64,000 nucleotides of DNA from Eledone cirrhosa. Lineage: Eukaryota. This document shows positions 53,617 to 64,000 of the stretch, in pieces (position 1 is the first letter of the stretch; the number at the start of each line of letters is the position of its first letter). The notes beneath the pieces were generated by a model that saw nothing but the letters and a program-made list of their open reading frames with translations, made no database searches and was not told the DNA's origin. The DNA lies in contig OZ024740.1 of the NCBI GenBank assembly GCA_964016885.1, positions 102,114,001 through 102,178,000 on the forward strand, read 5' to 3'. Both the position numbers and the translations under genes were made by a program.

Positions 53617-55344
53617 TGACTTCATTGATGAAGCATAGATCTTTAAGAATAGATTTAGAAATGAAGTAAAAAATTCTTTTTACATTTTTGTTTCATTTTA
53701 TGATGTCATGACTCTTCATTATCTATCTCAACACAGGAATAGTATTAGAAGTTATTTTTTCATATTAGCACTCAAATGCAAAAGAAGTGAATTAATTCAA
53801 TTTTTTATGTATATTCTAGCATCTGAAACCAAAACTTTACTCTATTCACTGCAGCCAGTTTATCTATATTTTATGATTTTAACAACATATGAGTGTATAC
53901 AGCAGTACAATTATTTTATGGTCATGGCTAATACAGGGGTTAACCATGTAGACTCCATGACAAACTTCATACCAGTCATGGGGTCTTTTTTGAGGCAATG
54001 TTTTATGACTGGAAGTCCTTCTTGGCACCAACCCTTTTAGTTACCTCTTATGATACACAGGGATATGGTGTACCTATGCTAAAGCAAATCTGCTACCTAA
54101 GACTACAGGTCAACACTGATTGAGCAACCCTATAATCAATGATGTTTCAGTCATGACAAGTCTGTCTTTATTTCAGGTATAGTGTATCGACCACTACAGG
54201 CTTGATTTGATAGAGTAGGGATGTGATTAAAGACATTCCTGTCAAGACCATCCCATCTTTATTTCAACGTAGCATATCTAGTATTATACTATATCAATAT
54301 GTCCTCCCCAACATTTTTTTTACAATAGTAGAGTGTGATTTGAGGGATATTTCTAGCAAGTTCAGTGGCCATATATAGACTCTATTGTTGGCTTGAATTG
54401 AATAATGAAGCGGTGTTTGGTGCAGTATGGCATTTTCATTGGAAAATTATATACACTGCACCAAACCATTTGTTACTGGCTTGCAGTGAAGACAGACAGG
54501 AAGGAACTAAGAAATAATACTTGTATACAGCTTCAAGTAAAAAGTTATGTGTGGTTCATGAGACCCTATAAATTCTATCAATTTCTCTCATAGTTCTTGC
54601 TAATGTCAGTTTGCTTGGCACCATTAGCCTTTTACTGTCACTATGTTAAGATTTAAAATTTCACAGCTCCATTCCACTGGGGTTAATAAAATAGATGCTA
54701 TCATAAGTACCATTATGGGTTCTAAAATGTACTCTAATTCTCACAAAAATGGCCTGGTTGCCTAAGAGGCAATAAATATCATAGTTTCTTAATTGTTAAA
54801 AAATTGCAATGCTTTACTCCTTTTATACAGATATACTATATATTTTGTTTTAATAGACTATATACTTTTTTATTATACCGATAGACATATTTTAAATAGA
54901 TTATGATTTAAAATATATAAATCAGTGAGGGTAAAATAAAATTGATCTTTTTTTTTATAAAGAATCCTATCTCTATAATTAAAAAGAAATTCTGACAAGA
55001 AAAATTTTCTCCACTTTTTTTTATATTGCAGATACATATGTTACATATTTTTTCTTTATTTATTATATTTCTTTTGGTAAATGTTAATGTTTACTTTTTT
55101 TATTTTATTTTCTCACCAAAGATATCCAAACTGTTGCAAAGAAAGTTACTTTTCTATTGCGTTTTTAATTCCCTTTCTTTTATTTTTACTCTTTAACACT
55201 AAAATTTGTTGAAATTGTTTTCTTTTTGTTTTGTTTTTCTTCTTCGCCAAGAAGTTTTCACATTACAGTTGAATTCTTAGCAGTTGTGACATTGGCATCA
55301 TATTTTATAGATCAATCTTTCGGTATATAGGAGAAACCTACACA

Positions 55345-55680
55345 TACATCATCATCACAGTTTTATGTCTATTTTCCATGCTTGCATGGATTAAACAGGT
55401 TGTCACTGAGGCTAGACATGTCAGGTGATTGCCTCTCATTCATACATTCGATTCTGGCAGTGTTTCTACAGATAAACACCCTTCATATAATACCAACCAC
55501 TTTAGAACATATACTGGATGCATTATATTATGGCCCCACTACTACCACCTGACAAGATAGATTTGATGCTTTTCATCATGATACCAGCATTACCACTTTA
55601 CAGGGTGGGCTGAATTCATTTTATTGTGGAACCATCAGTACCACTTTACAGTTTGGGTTCAGTCTTACAGTGTGGGCTGT
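55345..55680 (-). mobile_element. Old RTE-type 3' tail with ~4 degenerate 48-bp units
   Basis: (cat)n..ttttccatgcttgcatgg, then repeated ccactttacag(g/t)gtgggctg..catgataccagca units. Confidence 0.7.
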
Positions 55681-55689
55681 ATATGTGTA

Positions 55690-55760
<71 letters not shown>

Positions 55761-55924
55761 GTATATTCAGAAATCCACAAGTCTGATAAGATATCAATTC
55801 CAGAGTTAGGCATGATCACTACTGATCATACCTTGAGCTGATCAATCATGAAACATGTGTCACATATGAATAAATATAATGATCCTATATTGATACTTCA
55901 TCCTTATTCCTCCTCCTTCTCCTT

Positions 55925-56140
55925 GGGCAGTGGATTGGAAGTATCAATAGAGCATTGGACAACATGCTTCGCAGCATAGTCACTGCCCTTCATGTTCTGA
56001 GTTCAAATCCTGCTGAGGTTAGTTTTGCTGTTCATCCTTACGGGGTTGATAAAATAAATTACCAGTCATGCACAGGGATCAATTTAATCGACTTTCCCTC
56101 TCTCTAAATAGCTGGCCTTGTGCCTATAGTAGAAATTATT
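55925..56140 (+). mobile_element. Family-A SINE, long variant
   Basis: B-box gagttcaaatcc, core, extra gggatcaatttaatcgactttccc segment, (att)n tail. Confidence 0.85.
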
Positions 56141-56794
56141 ATTATTATATATATATTTGTTACATTTTGGGAGAGTTATGCTGCCTGTACTAATAACAAT
56201 ATCTTTGTATTTCCTCTTCTTTGATGGGTTATCTGGTTGGTAAATATTTTGTACTCTGATATTTTGATTAATATATGTTGAAATGGCTGGAGCTCAACCA
56301 TTGAGTACGTGAATCGTTTCATTCATATATATATATATTATCCTAATCATTGTCATGTAGCATACACTACCAGAGCATGGACAACCACATTCCCTTGTAG
56401 AATAGAGATGAAAAATATATATCTATATGGTTGGGAGAAATCTTCTTGTCTGTGTTAAAGACATAACAACCTCTTGGTAGATGCAAATCTCTGGCCCAGC
56501 TGAGAGGCCAGTAGCTCTGATTAACTAGTGATTTGTTCTGTAACATTCCATCCAACGATTGGTGGCAAAGAAAACAACACTAAAGGATGATAATTGTTTC
56601 TACTTTAGGCACAAGGCCAGCAATTACCTAGTATATTACTGGTACTTTATTTTATCGACCCCGTAAGGATGAAAGGCAAAGTTAACCTCAGCAGGATGAT
56701 GATAATGATGGATATACATATATATATACATATATATATATACATATATACATGTGTGTGTGTGTGTGTATATATACACACACACACACCATCA

Positions 56795-56878
<84 letters not shown>

Positions 56879-57048
56879 GGCAGGGAGAGAAGAGTAACAC
56901 CCATGACCCTTTATTTTTTCTGGGTCATTGAGACTGGTGGGAGGCAGGGAGAAGTTACCCTAAGACCTGGCCTTGACTACTTTGAGTGATTCTTCTTATA
57001 AATATATGAATGCGTGTGTACATACATACATACACATCTATCTATTTA

Positions 57049-57122
<74 letters not shown>

Positions 57123-57144
57123 AAGAGATGTGTATGTATGTATG

Positions 57145-57180
<36 letters not shown>

Positions 57181-57776
57181 TGTGTATGTATGTATGTATG
57201 TATATATATATATATATAACATTTGTGAATATAAATAGATTTAACACTAACTTTCAGAATTCGGTTGAAGAATGCAATAAGTTAGAGACATTGTGCATTA
57301 GAAAGATATTCAGCTAAGAACAATGTTAGTGTGTGTTGGTTTTATTTCTTTATTTTATTTTACTTGGTGTAGTATTGCAAATATAAAGATTTTGCTATCC
57401 TTAGTGCCAACATATATTTCCCCCAACTGCTTCTTCACTCACAGAATGGGACTTTTGTTATGCTAGCTTTTCATTGGTTATAATGAAACTGCTAGAGTCT
57501 GACCCAAGAAAGTATTTATTTTGAGAAGACAGGAGAGAGTAGAAGAAATCTAGTGAGAGAAAAAGGGAGCTGAGGAGGAGATAGAGGTTTAATAACTTAA
57601 GAGAGGAAGGCAATGAGAACATGTTGGGGAATGGTGACAGGAATGGAAGGACAGAGGTTGTTGGGAGAGAATGTTGATAGGAGTGAAAGAATGGTGACTT
57701 GAGAATAGGAGGTGAAAATACAGTAAGACAGGAAGGTGGGGAAGAGAAAGAGAAATGGTAGCAGAAGACATTAAAG

Positions 57777-57837
<61 letters not shown>

Positions 57838-58389
57838 ACAGAGATAAACAGAATATGACAGAAGGAATAGGAAGAAAGAAATAGTAGCAGAAGACACTAA
57901 AAGAATAATAGCAGAATAGAGATATAGAGGAAGAAGGGGAATAGCAGGAATAAACAGATTAAGACAGAAGGGGAGAAAGAAATAGTAAATAAGAGAAAGA
58001 TACTAAAGGGATAGTGGCAGAATGGGGATATAGAGGGAAAGAGGAGGAGGAAGAGGTACAAAATAGAAATAAAGAAGCTACTAACAAAAATTACTCCTGT
58101 AAAAAGTATAAAGGGAAGATGGTTAATCTGCATGTAAATATACTTACAGAAATTCAAGAGGTGTAAACAAATTATACATAATAATACTAATAATAATTTC
58201 TTACATGACATAATTTCTACTCCATGTTTATGCTCCCATCTCTCTATGCAAAGGAAAGGATACAATACATGAGATAGGGTTACATGAAAATTGTGTAAAA
58301 AGATAACACAAACAAGAGATAACAGAAGATAACAAAATACTAACAAAGAAAAAAACAAACAATAAAGAGAACAGCTACTAAGGACCAAT

Positions 58390-59115
58390 CTGGTACAGAT
58401 TCTGGCTAAACCTGACCACCAAAAACATGTACCCTCACATGTCTGTCCCTTGTTAGTCTACAAGCACATGTTTAGAGATGGTCTGTTCCCTTGGGCCATG
58501 TTCACCATTCTTATCCATCTGGAGGCAGCACTTCCCTCTCCACCACTATCACCTTTGTTTTTTCAAGTGAACTTGAAAAAGTCAGTTAGGGTCTGACCTA
58601 AAAGGAAAGTATCATGTCCACTATAAAACCCCTTTTGCCATAGCTACCAGATAGACGAAAACTGCCTGTCTTTCATTTGATGAATGAAGGTTGGTGTCTG
58701 GGGATCTTCAGAAAATTTTGACTGGACACTCTAATTCACAATAATTCTCAGGTGAAGTTTTAAAGTTTTTCAAAATCTGAGGATGTACCACTAAAAAGTA
58801 AGAGAATCCAGGTAAAGAAATCTTCACACTGGATTCAACCCATAGGCAAATTCATCCTACATATGACCACATGATCGACTCAGCTTAGAGCCAGATCCAT
58901 CATACACATGACAACAGTTGATGAAAAAATTTGTTATCACTTTAGTTAAGATTTCGAAATATATCAGGGAATGCTCTCTGGACATTAATAGACAATTCAC
59001 ATACAGTTTGCCTTTCCTTCTCTTACATTTATCAAATAAGACGCCCCAGACACACCCTGGTGCTTTTCCCTCTCTTTCTTTCATCAGGCAGGATCCCCTT
59101 GATACACCCAGACGC
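58390..59115 (-). pseudogene. Very degenerate LINE RT fragment, probably Tx1/L1-like
   Basis: Remnants such as VRLGVSRGSCL (GVxQG-like) and higher GC than the flanks; no intact motif. Confidence 0.3.
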
Positions 59116-59574
59116 ACATACTGAAATATGAGTAAACAAAGAAAAGTTGTATAGATATGCTTTAATTCACACTGTGAGCACACATTTGCGTGCGTCTGAG
59201 TGTGTGTGTGTGTGTGATGAAAGAATATGAATTTAATATAAAGCATTTTGTCAATTTTAAATTTTGTGGAGCTCAACTTTGCCATTCATGTGGATGTGTT
59301 GAAATAAAATAAATACCAATTAACTACTTAGTCATTTTATTACCATATTTCTAATATAAAACATTACCTACGATTTCAAAATCATTTTGGAAATAATCAA
59401 GAATTCATCGTTATTGATCTGGTGTTTGGTATATAACTAAACAAAGGTTCTTACATAAAATTATGATGTAAGGTTTTCAGATAAATATAAACACTTTAAA
59501 ATCAACATCTTAAAACTGCCTCTGGTATATGAAGATTCAAAACTGCTTGTTTTAAATTTTATATTTATCTAAAA

Positions 59575-59655
59575 ACCTTCCAGTAGGCAGTCTCATAATC
59601 AGAAGTAATACTTGGAGGAATCTGAAGGTCATGAGTTCGATCCACACCTGAGGCA
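59575..59655 (+). pseudogene. tRNA-Met(CAT)-derived pseudogene with a 22-nt insertion
   Basis: cagtaggcag..tctCATa[22 nt]atctgaaggtcatgagttcgatccacacctgaggca matches eukaryotic elongator tRNA-Met; the 5' arm is partly deleted. Followed by a T6 run and a CR1-like tail (59667-59710). Confidence 0.72.
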
Positions 59656-60999
59656 CATTTACTTTTTTGTAGTGCACCTGAGCTCTGTACACAATAATTT
59701 GATTATTATAATTTTATGTAAGAACATTTGTAGTCATAACACCAACTTAATAATGAGAAGGTTAATTATATTACTAAACACCTTCAAACTTATTATTATT
59801 TTGAAATCATACAGTCGTCATCATTATCATGATCATCATTGGTTTTACGTCTGTTTTTTCCACACTTGCATGGATTGGACAGATCCTTCTCAGTGCAGCA
59901 TCTCTCCACTTGCCACAGTCCTTTGTCAACTCCTCTATGAATCTCAGCAATTTGAGGTCAGCTCTCACCACCTCTACAGTGTCATTTATTGAACAAAATG
60001 ATAAACTCTTTCATGGCTATGTTTCTAACTAGCAGATAATTTATGTTTCAATTAATTTTCTATATAAGTACAGTTTTTACTTGTTCAGTAAAATATCTAT
60101 AAATATATATATCAATTGATTGTTGGTCAACTCTGGTGAAGTTGGCCTATGGTCAAAAGTTATCTGACCATGATCATCCTCTCTTCTTTTATTATTGTCG
60201 GACAACATTATACTATGTGCAATGTCCTTATTGAAGACAATATGAAGAAGATTTGGTTGCTTTTTCTTGCAGGTCTAGTGAGCAAGTAATATTGGTACTA
60301 ACTAATTGTAATCATACAATATCATTCATGTTAAGAGATTTTCATTAAAATTAAAACTTGAAATATAAACACTTTAGTACAGGCAATCCATAACAGACTA
60401 GTACTAAATGCTCTTGAGAAAGAGTTGAACATTACAATATCCCATTGTTATCTCCCCTACCACCAAAAACATGTGAATGTTTGTGTTTAATCAAAAACAA
60501 AGAAATATTATGGCATCTTCCTATTTTATGCTGTTATGCTTCAAGACAGTTGGCACTGATTTACGGTGAAAAGAAAAGTAGCAATTTATTTCTAGACTTT
60601 GATCAGATTTCTGCAATATTTGGAGAGTTAAGAGACTCAAGTCTATAAATAATCTTTGGAATTGGAATGGACTTCTGTCGGATTCTACGATGAGTCTCCT
60701 AATGGTTCAGTCAACAGATAAACCTGCTTATGAAATTAATATCCAAGAGGCTGAGCATTTCACAGATGCATTTACCCTTAACGTAATTCTCAGGGAGATT
60801 CATCATGAGACAGTGAGTAACTCACAAAAATAATTAGTAAAATGAAATAAATATATTAAAAATATTTTTTCTCTTTTATATAAAAAGTTGGTGGAGGGAT
60901 CCCTAGGAGGTTGCATGTTTTCCCATAGATAATAGCTGAATAAAAATATAATTCATAATTTTTTATCATTACAAAGCATTCTAATTAATGATGTACTAT

Positions 61000-61410
61000 A
61001 CACTCACTTGATGCTTATGTATGAAGTGTAATGTTGCATAATAGTGTGATATGAGTTTTGAATGTAGAGGATGTTTGAAGTTTGGAAGGAAACTAAAAGG
61101 GCATGCTCTGTTGTATGTTAGTGTGCATGAATAACAAAACAGAAACCTTAACAGAAAAAAACTAGATATGAAAGGAATCAGATATTGCATGTTTAAGAGA
61201 GAAGACTTCACTGGTATAGACATGTAATGCATATGAATGATGACAGTTGGGTAAAGAGTTCCAATCGGAAGGAATCTACAGAAAAGGGGACATAGGAAAA
61301 AATAGTGAAAACTGCTTAGTTTGCTCTGAACCTCCAAAAGAGGTTAAAAAAAAAGAATGCAGCAAGTGGCAAGACGCATGGAAAGTCAGATGTAAAAATA
61401 ATGATGATTA
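61000..61410 (+). pseudogene. Old RTE 3' fragment
   Basis: DAYV*SVMLHNS..LNVEDV*SLEGN..RRLHWYRHVMHMNDDSWVK, ending gatgtaaaaataatgatgat. Confidence 0.72.
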
Positions 61411-62060
61411 AATTATATTTTGCTTTTATTTGTCTACTATTCAACTATCTTGGCTACTTAAAAAGCAAGATTGCCTAATATCACACTACATATTACATTT
61501 TGTACTAAAAACCCATTTGTTTTCAAATAAATTATATTAAATGTTAGTTTTCAGAACCTAATAAAAACCCTATCTATCAATCTGTTTTCATGAAAGACTG
61601 TTAGAATTGTTTGAAATGGTAGAACTTTTTTGTTCCAGTGTAAATTACTGGACTTTGATTCAACAAGTGAGCCTCGACATGATTGTTCAACCTGCTGGAA
61701 ATGGTAGCTATATTTCCCTCAAATCATACTCCATCTTAAAAAGAGGAATTATACACATTCAATAATGTATACTAGATACTTACAACACTAAAAAAAAAAC
61801 AAAAAAAACACAGGATTGTCATGGGTTGTATACATTAGATTATAGATTTATTCAATCAAGACTGGAAGTAAAACAACAAAACCAGTAAGACTTAATCTTT
61901 CATTCAATTTAACATGACCCTTAGCTGACTTTGTTGGAGTCCACTAGGCCAGGTCAACAATCTGAGAATTATTTCCACTTTTCTTTCTTTCCTCCTATCA
62001 GTTTTGGAGGTACTGTCCTTCCTCTTCTGAATAAAATATTAGAAATAATATAAAAATATA

Positions 62061-62287
62061 TTAACCCTTTAGCGTTTACATTACTCTATATATACTATTG
62101 TATTTTTGTGGTGAATTTTTTATCTCATATAATTATCTCATAATATCGAATCTATGATATTTTGATGTTATTTATTTTGAGAACAATATCTTAATGTCAG
62201 TATGAGCAGCCAGTTACAGCTGGTTTAAACAGAAAGAGGTGAGAGAATTCTGGCCAGATATGGCTGGTTTAAATGCTAAAGGGTTAA
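62061..62287 (-). mobile_element. piggyBac-like MITE, second copy
   Basis: TTAA-CCCTTTAGCGTTTA ... TAAATGCTAAAGGG-TTAA; the interior is the reverse complement of 3153-3380. Confidence 0.85.
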
Positions 62288-64000
62288 AGTAAACAATGGT
62301 TAACTTAAGAAGCATTGGGGACATTTCAATATGAAATGTGGATGTCCCAATGCAAACAATCATAATAATAATAGTCGATTGATACAAATAATAGTTGAGA
62401 AAATCAAATAAAGTAGCCCTGGAGATGGAACAAAATAGGCAGAAGTTCGTCTGTCTGTTTTTTTTTATCTTTAAAGTATTTAGTCTCATCTTTCTAGATA
62501 CGGAGTTCAAATTCTGATAAGTTTTACTCTGCCTGTTCATCTTTCTTGGAAACGATAAAATAAATACTAGTAATGTATACTTAATCATTTATCCCAAAGA
62601 GAAGAAATTGGAACATTATTCTCTGAAAGTTCCTTATATTCTGAAGAAGGGAATTTTAAGTCCTGAAATATTTGGACAGAAGAAACAACAGAAAAAAAAA
62701 AAAAAAAAAAAGATTACCAGGTAACTAACTTTTTTGTTACCTTCATCTTACAGTCCAGTTTACATTGTTTTGTCTTATATCTCTTTCCACATTATAAATA
62801 ATTATATATCTAGTAATTAGCCTATATTAATTTAATATATTTTATCAATAATAAAGTACAGCCTAGAGTATATAATATTGAATTTTATACCCAGCAGAAG
62901 AAAAATTTGAGAGAATAGTCTATTACATCAACCTGTAGTATCTCATTGGTATTTATTTTATCAAGACAGGAAAGATGAAACACAAAGTTGAGTTTGGTGG
63001 TAATGAAACTTAATATGACAAAGTATTTAGTTTGATGTTCTATCAATATAGTAATGCAAAATTTTTGTTTGTTTATTATATATTTTTGTTTTGTTAAATT
63101 ATCATTGATTATAATTAGATTTTATTAGGATGGCACATGGTGGCTGCAGCATAGAACAAGTTTCTTTGTTTAAACAGTTCAGTGTGTGCCTATGTATCTA
63201 CATGCATATGTGTCTGTCAAAATGTGTGTGTGTACCTGTGTGTCTCCATAAGCATGAAGCTTGAGGACTTCTAGCAGAAGTGAAGGAATGAGAATTTGTG
63301 ATCTTCATTCCATCCAACACTCAAGCTTTGCTAGTTAGCGCCGTACTATTTCTGTTTCTCTGCATTTGCATATATATATATATGAAGATGTATGTGTGGT
63401 TACATGTGTGCAATTATTTTTGCTAACTTACAGTTCGATGTGCAGAGAGAAATTAAAGTTAACACAAAATTTGTGATAATATATATATATAAATAAGTTA
63501 TGAGAATCTTAACATTATAAGTTCAGCTTTATATAGAAGAATGCCGAAAGAACTTGATAGATAAATGAAATAAAGAAAAATATATAAAAAATGTTTTTTC
63601 TCTGAAACTACTTTTATTTCTACCCACCACCTTCTACCTCATTTCATTTTTAACAATTTATTTATTCTGGAAAAAATTTCTTTTCTCTTCCTTTTTTAAA
63701 TTCTTTTTGTCTTCAAGAAGAAATTCCACCACTACCATCACCATCATCACTATGATCAGTTGTCTCTCTTTCCAATAAAACTAATAATTAAATATAGAAT
63801 TGAAACTTCTGATAAAACAAAGGAAATGTTTGCAGCAACACAACTTTTTTAAAAATTCATATCAGAAAAAAAGATGAAAAACAAGCAGTAAGAAAATCAG
63901 AAGCTACTCCTAAGAAAGTTGCAAAATAAAACTTTTATATAGTAAATCCTCTGCCTGCTGGTTCTTAAAATGAAAATATTATCATTCAGCAAACTTTACC

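Noticed and set aside
62636-62680. Hammerhead-like CTGAAGA..GAAA
   Set aside because: Stem II is plausible, but stem I does not pair after the putative cleavage site.

Overview
AT-rich eukaryotic, gene-poor, repeat-dense DNA. The SINE, LINE and (TA)n landscape strongly suggests an octopod cephalopod (inference). I recognise no host protein-coding gene; most ORFs in the track are microsatellite artefacts. The window holds three long 5'-truncated, disabled RTE-clade LINE copies (18313-21310 +, 21339-24397 -, 40479-43370 +) whose reverse transcriptase carries an inserted C4HC3 PHD finger. It also holds fragments of other RTE, CR1-like, Tx1-like and R4/Dong-like LINEs, at least two tRNA-derived SINE families, a maT-type Tc1/mariner fragment, several MITEs, Penelope-type hammerhead ribozyme motifs, a tRNA-Met pseudogene and several satellites. 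Most notable: (i) the PHD-in-RT RTE family, which with its partner SINE inserts almost only in (TA)n, while Tx1-like and R4-like/SINE elements sit in (TC)n and (TAA)n; (ii) a reconstructable 3.8-kb inversion with ~620-bp inverted breakpoint duplications; (iii) a 48-bp satellite derived from the RTE 3'UTR; (iv) a 2-kb non-coding hammerhead-bearing insertion. All coordinates and similarities were read by eye; element ends are approximate.
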